Shown here in pieces: positions 50,871 through 62,099 of a DNA stretch of 64,000 bases; the first letter of the stretch is position 1, and every line of letters begins with the position of its first letter. Where the stretch lies: positions 1 to 64,000 of the forward strand of contig MEDY01000150.1 of assembly GCA_001724265.1 (NCBI GenBank). Direction: 5' to 3'. A model generated the notes under the pieces. That model saw only the letters and a program-made list of their open reading frames with translations, was not told the origin of the DNA and did no database searches. Origin of the DNA: Rhizaria sp. SCN 62-66. Its lineage: Eukaryota. A program made the translations under genes and the position numbers.

Positions 50871-53800
50871 TTAAATAACAGTTGTTTCGTCGACGCCGTT
50901 CGCAGCCTTGACAGTCTCGCGCCAAGCCCACTTCGCGAGCTCCGTGGCGACAAGTGGCGAGACCACCGGGGCGGCAGCCGCTCGCAACATATCGCCCCAC
51001 GCCTCGCCCGTCGCGCCGCTGCACGCGGAACTCAAGCCTGCTGCCGTGATGAACGCGGTGGTCGCAGGCGGCAGCGCAGTCAACAGTGAGCCCGCAGTGT
51101 CTGCACCGACACTGCTGTTTTCACTGCTTGAGTTGTCCGTTTCAGCAGCCGCGAGAGCTTCGGCGGCGTCAGCGACTGTGCGTAGGACGTCAGTGATCAC
51201 GTGTGCGCGGTGCTGTTGTAGCAGCAGGCGCGCGCGCAGCGGGCCCGCGGGCAGTTGCCGCAGCACCTCATCCAGTGGCGTGCCCGCGCGCACGCGCAGC
51301 GGCGCTGCGCGAGACTTCGTCGAAGCAGACGCGGCACCCGGGGCGGTGTTTGTTGCGACAGCCGCGGAGTCTGCGGCGGCCCAGCGCGCCTCGAGGAGCG
51401 GCAGCACGGCCAGTGCAGGCAGCCCGCGCGGGTGCGCCAGTCCAAGAGACTGTAACGCTGACGCTGCAGCGGAGGCGCTGCTCTCGCCCTTCGACGCGCC
51501 GGCGGCCTTGGGTGTGCTCTTGCCAGCGCTGGCGCCCAACTTGTCATCGCTAGTGGCGCTATCAGCGGGGGCAAGCTGCGCCAGTGCGCGCCTGTCGCCG
51601 TTGCTGAGGAACACGGCGTCGACCGCGTCCTCCTTGGCCGACGTGACGCGCGTCGCCAGCAGCGCGACCGCCGCCCAGCCCGCGCGCGCCGCCCTCCCGC
51701 CGCGGCCGTCCGCGCGCGGCACCGCGGACGCGAACAGCGGCTGCAGGGCGCGCGCCGCGCCGATCAGCGGGCCCAGCGCAGAGCCCAGGCGGAGGTCCAG
51801 CGCGGGCAGATCCTCGCACAGCCGCTGCAGCCGCCGCTCGAGGTTCAGCACGCGGGACCGCGCATCTTGCGCGGCAGACTGCGCCGGCGCCGGCTGCGAG
51901 CGCTGGAGCTGGCGCCGCTGCAGCTTCGTCAGAGGCACGGCGGGGGCTGAAGCCTTTTTGGTGCCCGCTTTCGTTTGGTGATGTGACGGCGCCTGTGCAG
52001 CGGGGTTACCTTTGTTCAGTTTGCTGTGAATTGAGCGTTCCTTAGCGGCGCGCGCGGCTTCCTGAATGGCATCGTGCTCAGCCTTAGCCAGAGCCTTCCG
52101 CGCCGCTACTAGCGCGCGCTCAACGGTCGCAACATCATCGTGCTCGACGTCGCCGTCATCGTCCGCATCGCAGTCGGCGGTATCAAAGCCGACATCGCTG
52201 CCATGTTTGTGAGCTCCATCATTCGCGCAGTCATTTGCGGTGTGTGTGGCGGCAGTTTGAGTGAACTCAGCCAGTACGCTGTCAAAGCTCAGCGACATCG
52301 CGGCCACGGCCCGGGCGCTGGCGTGCGCCCAAGCCGCCTCGTCTTGGTCACTGAACGCCAACACGCCGGGCAGCCGGCCCTGCGTCGCGTCGGTCTGAGC
52401 CGCCGCTGTAGCAGAGGAGGCGAGGAGTGGGGGCAAAAGATAAAGCCGCTCCAGGAAATAAGCGTAGCTGCGCAGCACAGACGCACGTGTCAAAGGGGAA
52501 ATACCTGCAACGGAGTTGGTTACAACTTGAACATCACGAGCACTCACAACTGATGCTGTAATAGATGGCACAGGCACTGCAAAACTCGCTAGAGCGTGCG
52601 CCGCGTCGGCCTCAGCCACCGCGCCAACCTTCAGTGCAGGAACCCCGCCGTTGGTGCTGACAGCGTTGCATTCGGCCCCGGCGCGGGCAGCGTCGGCGGC
52701 GGCGGCAAGCGCAGCCACCGCGGCGTCGAAGTACGCCGGAAACATCGGATCCCCCTGCGCGGCGCGGCCGACCATGACGGCGCCGAGGTGCTCCGCGCCC
52801 AGCAGCGAGGCCGAGGGCGCCGCGCCGCCCGAGCACGCCGCCGCGGGCTGCGGCGGGGGGGAGAAGCCGGCCGCGGCGTCGACGGCGGCAGACAGCGCGG
52901 CCGGGTCGAGCGCGCTCAGCGTTGTCGTCACCGTCGCTGCCTCTGCAGTGCTGCATGCGCTTGACGCCGCGTGCGTGACTGTGCGGTGGATGTTGTGGTA
53001 CTGGAGCGGCGGCCGCGACATGAGATGCCGCAGCGGTGCCGGGATCTGTCGCTCTGACAATCCACCTGTAGTCGACTCGGATGCGTCTGTCTGCTCAATG
53101 TCACCGGGTGAACTATCGTCGTCGGGTACAGTCTCTGCTGCTGGCGCTGCCTTGACGTGAGGTGTTGGCCCCACAGAGGGAACGGCCCACAGCCTGTGCA
53201 GTGCTGACTCGACGGCAGACACACCACCGTTATAGTCCAACCGCACATCGTGGGGCCGAAGCGCAACGTTCACGTCCATACTCACCGTCGCATCGGCATT
53301 GGCGGTCAATGTTTCCGCTGCGGTGACGGCAGCGCGGAGCCACGACGGCGCGCCGGGCGCGCGCAGCTCCGGCGCCAGCACGCGCGACGCCCTGTACAGC
53401 TCAACAGCGAGCGCGGCGTCGGCCAGCGTCTCTGGCGCCGCACGCGAGCGCACAAGCGCCGCCGGCGTCGGAACCGCCGCGCACTGCTCGTCCTCGTCCT
53501 CATCCGCCGCGGGCCGCGTGGTCGCCGCGCGCGCGCCGGCGGCGTCGGCGGCGCGCGCGGCGGCGTGGGCGGCGCGGCCGTCAGCGCTGCGCTGCGCGTG
53601 CGTGCGCGTGTCGGCCGCAGCGGCCGCGGCAGCAGCGGCAGCGGCGGTGGCGGCGGCGGCGTCGGCAGCGGCGATGACGGCCTCGAACGGGCCCGGTGGA
53701 GGCGGAACCGTCCCCGCTGCAAGCGCAGACAGTGCAATCGACGCAATTCGCGCGTCCGCAGCTGCGTCATCAGCGTTCGTGATTACATAAGTGTTATTGT

Positions 53801-55019
53801 TATCCAGCTGAGGTTGAGGCAACCAACCCCGCGCGACGGCTTCCTTGGCTAACAAAGGCAAGCGCTGCGTCGTCAAAACGTGCAGAAACCCCCTCAAATC
53901 GGCCCTCGCGCGCGCGACGAACAGCGGGCGCAGCGGCGGCACCGAGAGGTTGTCCTTGGGCGAGTGCCGCAGCAAGGCCGTGCGTGCGTGGGCGACGACG
54001 TGCGCGATCCCCGCCCGCTCGCAGAGCCCGCAGAGAAAGGCCAGGAAGGACGGGTAGTGGCTCGGCGCGTCGACGCCGAGGCGGAATTTGGCTGATAGTG
54101 GGACGACAAAGTGATCGTGATCAGTGTTCGTAGCGTTTGTCTGTCCCTGCGCGTGCGACTGTAACTGTGACCGCGACGGCGGCACCAAGTGACTGTGCGC
54201 CGGAGCCGTAAGCGCGCGCTCCAGCGCGGCCCGCAGCAGCGCAACCTGGTCGGGGAAGCCGGGCGCGCGCATTAGCGCGGCGCCGTGCTCGCCGGCCTGC
54301 GCGGACGAGGCCGGACAGCCCATGTTGAGGTTGACCTGGTGTGCGCCCGCCGCGAGCAGCGCCAGCGCCGAGGGGAAGAGGAGGCGCGCGGAGGAGCCGG
54401 AGAGCTGGGCCACAGTAGCGCCGCGGGAGCGCAGGGACCCGGACACGCTGCCTAAGACGGGGCGCGTCTCAGAAGAGCAAGAGTTGGGCGATGAGAGCTC
54501 AGTGGAGGCAGAGCTGGAAGAGCTGTAGCCAGAGTCGTTGGCAGCGCGTGCACTGGGAGGCGCGGACAAGGGCCGGGAGAAGGCGCCAGTTGGTGAGGGC
54601 AATGCGGAGGCTCCAGGGTATGTAACAAAGCGCTGAGAGTGCTATTGTGCGTCAACACTGCGACCGCTGCTGCTGGTTGAGCCGTTGCTGCCAGCGTTGC
54701 AGAGAGTGTCACCATCGAGTGCTTCAGGGAAGATAGCGCAGAACGCGCTGCGGGCGACGTTCGGAGACCGGAGGACCTGCATGTCAATAAGCATGGGCGT
54801 GTAAAGGTCCGTACGCAGCGAGGCAAGTCGCAGAAGCTGGCGGAAGTGCAAGTCGGTGACGTCGACCATCGGCGCCACGGCCAGTCGCGGCGGGGCGCGC
54901 ACTGGGAGGGGCCGCACGGACCGCGTGGCGCGCTGTGGAAGGGCCGCAGAGGCCAGGCGCGCGGGGCACCGGCCCAAAAGTGGTGCGGTGACGCGGAAGC
55001 GCGCGCGCAAGCTCAGCAT
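50871..55019 (-). CDS. tRNA-dihydrouridine synthase, DusA-type, probably organelle-targeted, with an in-frame TAG at 54644-54642
   Basis: VAPMVDVTDLHFRQL..LYTPM lies before the TAG. QLSGS, NLNMGCP, GAALM, KFRLG, HARTA..SPKDNLSVPPL, YNGG and VMVGRAA lie after it in the same frame. Arg-rich N-terminus MLSLRARFRV; ends TAA. Confidence 0.88.
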
Positions 55020-55167
55020 GAAGCGCTGCGAATGAGCAGAGATAACAGTAGACTCTCGGGGCTCAACGGGCCTGTGCGGTGTCGAGGAGAGCAAGCGATA
55101 AGGAAAGTGATAAGAATAGCGTCAAACGTCCGTTAATAGAGATATAATAAGTGTGGCGAATATAAGA
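55020..55167. promoter_or_regulatory. Very short divergent intergenic region, putative bidirectional promoter
   Basis: Only 148 bp separate the divergent start codons of the DusA-like and MED21-like genes. No specific promoter element recognised. Confidence 0.4.
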
Positions 55168-55985
55168 ATGGAGGATGCATATTCTACACAAATGCAGGCT
55201 CTTGTGCAGACCGCCAACGACCAACTCCACGCTGTCATTTTCCACGCCAGCGCCTTCCTCAACTGCACAGCGGCGCTGACCACGATGCCCGAAGTGGACC
55301 CTGTCAACGCACTCGAGACCTCGCTCTCGCTGCCCGCAGCCGACGCGCCCGAGATTATCCGGTTCTCCCGCGCCTTCGCGCCCCCCGGCGCCGCGGCCGA
55401 CGCGGAGGAGGAGGCCTCGCAGGCCGCGCTGCAGGGGGTCGGAGCCGAAGCCGTCGCCCACAGGGACGCCCTGCGCGCCGCCAACGCCGCACTGGACACC
55501 TCGCTGCACGCCATCGACCGCCTCGCCGCTGCAGGCACGGCTGCCGATGCCGCTGCGGCGCAGGGCGGTGCGGAGACAGCTGCTGTGGCCCGACCGGCAG
55601 GGCTCAGCGATGCCGAGTATATCGCCCACCTCGCCAAGCTCAAAAATGAAAAGCTGCAGGTACGTTTTCTGTCATACGAAAGCGAAAAATCGGACGAGTA
55701 TTATAATCATGCTGCTATTTATTTGATGTATCTCACAAAATTTATTTGTTTTCTCTTGTGTCTTTGTGTCGTTCTTTCGCGCCGCAGAGGATTCGCGCTG
55801 GCAATGCGGCACTGACGCGCGGGCTAGCGCGCTGCACCGCGCTGCGGGCGCAGGTCGCCGCCGCGCTCGCTGTGCCGCAGCCGCCGCCGGCCCCCACGCC
55901 CGCCGTTGCGCCCGCGCCCGCGCCTGCGCCTGTGCTTGCGCCAGGGACGGGGACGGGAGCGGTCTCTGCTGCTGTCCCGCAGTGA
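55168..55985 (+). CDS. Small helical protein, possibly Mediator subunit MED21-like (exons 55168-55659, 55788-55985)
   Basis: MEDAYSTQMQALVQTANDQL..IDRL..GLSDAEYIAHLAKLKNE loosely resembles the Med21 layout; intron GTACGT..CGCAG; ends TGA. The gene itself is likely; the family call is weak. Confidence 0.5.
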
Positions 55986-57034
55986 GGTAAAACGACGCGA
56001 GATTAAAGGCCAGCTTAGTATGAGCTGTGATGCGAACCAAGATAGGTCGTTGAGATTATGTGTAGGTCTATTAGCAAGGTGCGTGACTCAGTTGGCAAGT
56101 TGCTTTAGTGTCACTTCATAACAGCGTTTGTTGATCTGCAAGCTTAGGGAGAGCGCATTTATATCGGCTGCAGTGCTCACTGCATTGTTGTTGGCAACTC
56201 AAGCGAAACAAAGCTAGGCAACAGCGCGACAGCAAAGCATGACCCCAGCGCGTTGCATCAGCAAAGCGCTCCGGCGACTTTGCAACCGGATCGAAACTCA
56301 TGAATAACCAGCAGGCCCGCAGTGAAACACAAGATTAGCAGTTTCAGTTTCCACGATGGAGGAGCCATGACAACAGCTCGACTGGGCGAAATCAAGCATC
56401 CGTTTGTTGACACTAGGTTTGCGGGCGCCTTGCAACTGTTAAAGGCAACAACATCACTGACTAGTGATGTTCGAGTCAAGCCTGTTCTAGAATGTCAGAG
56501 CTACATACGGTCGCACGAGCGCTGCTCGCCAAGCTGCCCCCTCAGACTCGAGCGGCATTAACTAAAATAATACGTCCGTACATAACTTGTCGCAAACCGC
56601 GTCCTGTTGACTTGGTTCTTCTTGCATTGTTTAATCCTGCATTGTTTTGTTGAATATGAAGACTTTATTTTCCTGAAATAATAAAAATTATCCCTAGAAG
56701 CTGAGTTGACCCCCTTTTTTTGGTTGCGGCAAAATGCCAATGCAAACACCTGATGTCGCAAAGTGTGAAGTTACAGCGGATGAAAGTCCAATCCTACTTC
56801 AAAACAGACAGCGCGAAGACCGTGACCCAAGGTGCGGCTCTTCTCCCGGCGTGCACTTTCGAACTCACACGCTCTTCGACGGTTTACGACATATTGATCT
56901 TGTGAACTGTGAATATAGTCTACGCAAATAGGATCTGCAGCCATGCCACACATAAACACGCACAGAAACTCAACGTATCTCAATCACTTCTTTTCATAAC
57001 ATTATCACCGTCAGATCCGCCCACCGACACCAGA

Positions 57035-58744
57035 TCATTCTTCATCGGACGCGAGCGCGCGGTTGCGCGACCGCAGCTGCGGCGCGTCATCGGCCTCGAC
57101 GCTGCCAAAGATGTCGTCATCGGCGTCGGAGGAGAGCCGCGACAGCGCGTTGGCGCGCGCCTCAAGCTCCGTGTTGCGCTCCTTGGACGCCATGTTGAGC
57201 AGCCCATTCTGGTGCTTGCGGTCATAGGCGAACGTGTAGATTGACAGCGCCACGCCCGCGGCGCCGAGGCACGCGAAGAAGGCCTCGACGCCCCAATAGT
57301 CGCCGGCCTCGTTGCGCACAGCGGCGATGACGAGCGGGAACGTGGTCAGGCCGAGGTTCTGCAGCGACGTCATGAGTCCGTACGCGGTGCCGACCTGATG
57401 GCGCTCAACAGTCGCGGGCACCGAGGGCCAGAGCGAGGCGGCGTAGATCGAGTAGGCGAGGCCGAGAAACACGAGCATGACCACGAGCACCGCGAAGGCG
57501 TCAGACAGCGCGAGCGTCAGGTGCAGAAGACAGAGCGTCGACGCGGAGACAATGAGCAGCGCGGCGTTGCCGCCGAAGCGGTCGACGAGGGCGCCCATGA
57601 AGGGGGCCAGACACGCTGTCATAATAAACGGGATGCCCATGACAAACGACGCCTTGGTCTCGGCCGAGGACTGCCGCTCGGGCGTGGGGCACTTGCCGTG
57701 GCAGATGTAACGCTCGATGATGAGAGTCGACGCGACGTTGTTGAAGGGGATGATGCAGCCATAGACAACGACGCAGGATAACGATAGCAGCCAGAAGAGG
57801 CGCCCGAACTGGAGGATCTCCTTGAAGCGCATCTCCTTCTCGGCCGGCGTCGTCGCGGCCGCCGCGGTGACGGCGATCGCGGTGTTGGGGCTGGTCGGGA
57901 CGACCTCATCGTCATCAGCAGCCGCAGAAGAAGAAGACGAGAGTTGCACGTTATCGATGAGATTGTTGGACGACGCAAGGTGGGTGCGCAGACGCTGCTC
58001 CGACGCGGCAATCTTGCGCTCCGCCCAACGGTCGATGACGAAGACGATGATTGAGCACCCAAAGGCGATACAGAGCATGATGACGCCGAACCAGAGCGCG
58101 AAGGTGATCGACTCTGACTGGTACAGTGCGCGGGAACCGATGTTGTTGAGCACGGAGCCGAGGCGGCCAAGCGCAAGCTTGATGCCCATGACCATGGCGA
58201 ACTCGTTTGCGCCGCGGAACCACGAGGCGAGGAGTGAGGAGAGTCCGACGACGATGCACTCGCCGCCGAATCCGTAGACGACGCGGCCGGCGAGCGCGGT
58301 CGCCATCGACGTGTTCGAGACGCCGATGGCGAACAAAGAGTGGCCGGCAATGAGGAAAGTGCCGAAGATGATGTTCATGAGGCGGTAGCCGAAGGTGTCG
58401 GTGAGGAAGCCGCCGAATAGCGGCAGGACGATGTTGGGCAACGAGTAGACGGAGTAGAAAAGCGCGAAATAACGCTCGAATGCGGCGTCGTCGTAGCCGA
58501 AGTGGCGGCGCAGGGGATCGTGCAGCGCGGAGGGCGCGTCAAGGCAATAGTAGCTCGCCATCATGAAGATGGACGCGAGGGGCAGCACGAGCCAACGCAG
58601 GAGCGAGTCCGAGCGGCGCATCGCACGCGGGGCGCCGTTTTCGTCGGTGAACTCGGGCATGGTGATCTCGTCAGAGCTGACGTTGCCGGCGTTACTGTCG
58701 CTGTCACCGACGAGAGACTCGTTAAACATGTTGTTGGATGACAT
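57035..58744 (-). CDS. Major facilitator superfamily transporter, MFSD1-like
   Basis: Intronless ORF with about 12 hydrophobic segments; SYYCLDAPSAL, YSVYSLPNIVLPLFGGFLTD, GRVVYGFGGE, SLWPSVP..GTAYGLMTSLQNLG; ends TGA. Confidence 0.9.
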   Translation of the reverse strand: MSSNNMFNESLVGDSDSNAGNVSSDEITMPEFTDENGAPRAMRRSDSLLRWLVLPLASIFMMASYYCLDAPSALHDPLRRHFGYDDAAFERYFALFYSVYSLPNIVLPLFGGFLTDTFGYRLMNIIFGTFLIAGHSLFAIGVSNTSMATALAGRVVYGFGGECIVVGLSSLLASWFRGANEFAMVMGIKLALGRLGSVLNNIGSRALYQSESITFALWFGVIMLCIAFGCSIIVFVIDRWAERKIAASEQRLRTHLASSNNLIDNVQLSSSSSAAADDDEVVPTSPNTAIAVTAAAATTPAEKEMRFKEILQFGRLFWLLSLSCVVVYGCIIPFNNVASTLIIERYICHGKCPTPERQSSAETKASFVMGIPFIMTACLAPFMGALVDRFGGNAALLIVSASTLCLLHLTLALSDAFAVLVVMLVFLGLAYSIYAASLWPSVPATVERHQVGTAYGLMTSLQNLGLTTFPLVIAAVRNEAGDYWGVEAFFACLGAAGVALSIYTFAYDRKHQNGLLNMASKERNTELEARANALSRLSSDADDDIFGSVEADDAPQLRSRNRALASDEE

Positions 58745-59657
58745 CGCGAAAAAGAAGAGTCAACGGGGAGGAAGACAAGGCTGGCTACTCGACGAGGACA
58801 GTTCTGAAGGGGATTAGCAGGCTGGAGCGTCAACTGCGAGAGATGACGGTTGTTGTTGCTAAAAGGGTGACACTGGCGGCTTCTGGGCTTCTGTGACAAC
58901 CGCCTGAGACAGGGTGCGGCGCGGAAGCGGAAGCTGTAGGGGCGAATCAGATAGTTATTGTGTAAACAGACAAGGCAAAATGAGCGGTTGAAAGGGTGCG
59001 AGGAGGTGGAGTCGGCTAATTGAGGAAACGCAATGAACGGTGGGGAATTATAAGGCCTACGTCGGCCTGGTTGAAATGGGTTAATATTACAACCGTTAAA
59101 AATCCATCATTTGCGTGGTAGTAGATATAAACCTCGCAAGGGCACTGTAGAGCGACGAAACTTGGTTGGTGCGCAACGATTTCGAAGGAGGCATCCCGCC
59201 AACATTCGGAGTGCGCGTCGAGAGTCACAGTCCAAGTGTCTTCAAAATACAATTATAAATAGAGTACAAATGCAAGCGCATTTAACGGGCAGTAACTATA
59301 CGTTATCATGAGAACGCGTGTGTTATGCCAGCAGCATGGTCTAAAATGAGCCCTCCTCTCACCAACTCGTCATCGAACCGATATCACTCAGAAAAACGCA
59401 GAAACATATGTTTTAGTTGGAATACACGCCGTCAACAAAATCATAGACCGCCAGAGCCATGTATAGTGATAGAATAAACTGATTGATTTTATTATTTTGC
59501 GTTTTTTCTTGCTTAATTGTTTCTTATGGCATACATTCTTACTAAGATATCATTCATCAAGGATCTTCAGCAAGAAGCGCCAACTGTACAGCCAGCCGAC
59601 GCTCTGCCGAAGCCCGTTCACTCAGCTCCCTCCAACAGCGCTCTGTACAGCGCAGAC

Positions 59658-60616
59658 TTACGCGTCCTCGACCATGGCAGCGGGCTGCGCAGCGGCCTCA
59701 GCATCGAGGTCCTCCTGTGCGATGGCGTCAACGTACTCGCGCACGTCGTCATCCTCGAGAACAGTGAACACGGTGTCCTTGCCCACATAGGCGATCTGCA
59801 GCCCCTCGGCGGTGAGCTTGTCCTGCGCGGCGCCCTTGAGCGAGCGCACGGCGTGCAGCACGGCCTCGCGCAGCCCCGTGCCAGCGGCGGGCGCGGAGAA
59901 GGCGTCGATGTGCTTCTCGAGGTACGTCTTGGCGGCCTGCGAGCGAGCGCCGATGGCCTGGGCGCGGAACTCCCACACGTCGCCGGACGGCGAGGTCTCA
60001 AACAGGTGCGGGCCCGTGAAGTCGTAGCCGGCAACGAGGAGCCCCACGCCCGCGGGGCGCTTCTCGGAGCGCTGGGTGTAGACCTGGTTCTTGTCGCCGA
60101 GGGAGCGGACGAGGCGGCCGATGGGGACCGGGGCCTCGTAGCGCCACTTCTCGTCGATGCACTCGTGGCGGAGGAAGTCGCACTGCGCAGCGCCGTCGGG
60201 GATAAGGCCCGAGACGGCGGCGCCGACGTGATCGTCGAGGCGGGTGATCTTGCGCGTGTACGAGGCCAGCTCGGACTCAGCGCGGCGCAGAGCCGCGAGG
60301 ACAACGAAGTCGCCAGAGACCAGGCCCACGCACGCGCTGCCGTGAGTCACAGCGGCGCAGGCGTACTCAACCTAAGATAGACAAAGATAGTGGCAACAAT
60401 TTGCAAAAGAATTCATGACAAAACGATAACAAGGTGGGCGTATCAAGACGTTAAAGAGGATTGTGGACGGTGGGTGGTCAGGACAGAACGAGTCGTGAGA
60501 TCAGATGAAAATACGTGGGAATAGAGTCCTCGACAATAAGATCAAAATCGTACCTGATAAAGGCGCCCCGCAGGGTTGAACGTAGTCACGTCCGTGTCGT
60601 ATTGATCGCGAGACAT
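59658..60616 (-). CDS. PSMA1: 20S proteasome subunit alpha type-1 (alpha6) (exons 60616-60554, 60371-59658)
   Basis: MSRDQYDTDVTTFNPAGRLYQ|VEYA..GSACVGL..SELASY..TQRSEKRPAGVGLLVAGYD..AIGARSQAAKTYLEK; ends TAA. Confidence 0.93.
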
Positions 60617-61116
60617 TTAGCACAGGCACAACTTTCAGATGAGCCTTCGAGTCTACATCAGACTCATCTCGCTGCAACGGTGTGAAATAATCGTTTGTGG
60701 TGGATCGGCAAAAGTTAGGCCGCGACGCACAAAACATCAAGGATTTCGTCGGGATAACTGTCGTAAAATAAAACAAAAACATTTTGCTAGAGTAGCTTCA
60801 GTCGCGATTTTGGATCAAGTGATAAAGTTATTCGTGTATTGAGTTAAACATAATGATTGTGAGCGCGCGGAAGACTGGAGGGTGAGCACTGATGGGCAGC
60901 AAACGGCTGTCCCTTCGGCACAACCTGGCTCACGCGCAGCAGACGCAGGGCAGACGCGACCGCAGCGCTGCAGCAGAGACCCGTAGCAGCGCCGTCGCCG
61001 CGAGTACCGAAGTGCCGGAAGCGAGAGCAACGGCGTCGTTCATGCATTGACAAACGGAGCGATTGCTGCCAGCCCCGACACAGCCTCAGATCTGCGCCCG
61101 TTGGCGGCCGGGGCAC

Positions 61117-61552
61117 TTAGTGCGACTCCTTCCAGACCTTGAGGTCCTTGATGAGCTCGGGGGCGGCGGTGACCTTGTGGCGCTGGAGCAGGCCGACGAG
61201 GGCGTCGTCGGAGGTCTGCTGTTGCTCGGGGTGGCCCATGCGCTTAAGCAGCGCCTTGAGCATCTCACGCTCCTGCTTGTTGATGAAGTCGCGCTCAGCC
61301 GCGGACTCCTCCTTCTTGAAGCGGTCGGACATGACGCGCTGGGAGACCTGTGGTGGGTGGATGGGGACAAAGCAAAAGCAGCAAAGGGAAGAGCAAAAGG
61401 GTGAGGTGATGAATCACGACGGGAGGCTTGGGTCAGGCAAAGGCAGGTTTCGGGAAAGGGAAAGGGTAAAGAGAGATGGGACGTACCATGACGGGGGCGG
61501 CGGCAATGCGGGGAGCGACCTTAACAATGGCGGACTGGAAGCGGGAAAGCAT
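61117..61552 (-). CDS. Mitochondrial F1Fo-ATPase inhibitor IF1-like protein (exons 61552-61487, 61347-61117)
   Basis: Presequence MLSRFQSAIVKVAPRIAAAPVM|VSQRV, then FKKEESAAERDFINKQEREMLKAL (IF1-like helix); intron GTACGT..CACAG; ends TAA. Confidence 0.75.
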
Positions 61553-62099
61553 CTATACGTGGCGAAGCAGGCAGCACCCAGATAGGGCGAGAGTGGGAGG
61601 TGAGTGAGGTGACGAGTTGGAGACGATACAAATCACGCGAGATCTCGCCAAAAACGGACGCAAGAAGCGCTGCAAGAAATAACACACAGCTGCTCACACC
61701 ATGAATCATTCCGAAAATAAAAAACTACTGCTAACGAATGGCCGCAAGAGGTGCATCGAGCTCTGCAAAGTGGACATCTCAAGATCAGCCCACAGCCCCA
61801 TGCCCGTCTGTGTCCCAGTCAAAATCAAGCCGCAGAAGGATCGACCGAGCAGACCAAACTCACAGCAAGCTCAGGGCTTTGTGCAAATAAAGTGAGATAT
61901 AGCGGTAATACATAGTAGTTGAGGAAGTAATAGTGATAGAGCATAAAGTGAATAGATGGATGTGTTTGAAATTTGGTTTTTTTATTCTCTTCCTGATCAT
62001 CCTGCTCCGAGTGAGACGTATTCGGGGCAGAACTGCGCGTCAAATTAGGCGGCGACGTGCGACATTTGTGTTGGGGGGTGGGGGACGCCCGCGTTCAAC

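Noticed and set aside
42062-55019. Pseudogene explanation for the TAG-interrupted genes
   Set aside because: Decay would also produce TAA, TGA and frameshifts. All seven interruptions are TAG, and catalytic motifs and splice sites are intact.
56058-56303. 82-codon + strand frame (ATG to TGA) that is open only if two TAGs are read through
   Set aside because: Short, lacks the GC3 bias of real genes and has no recognisable motif. Such frames are expected by chance once TAG is not a stop, so it is not counted as evidence.
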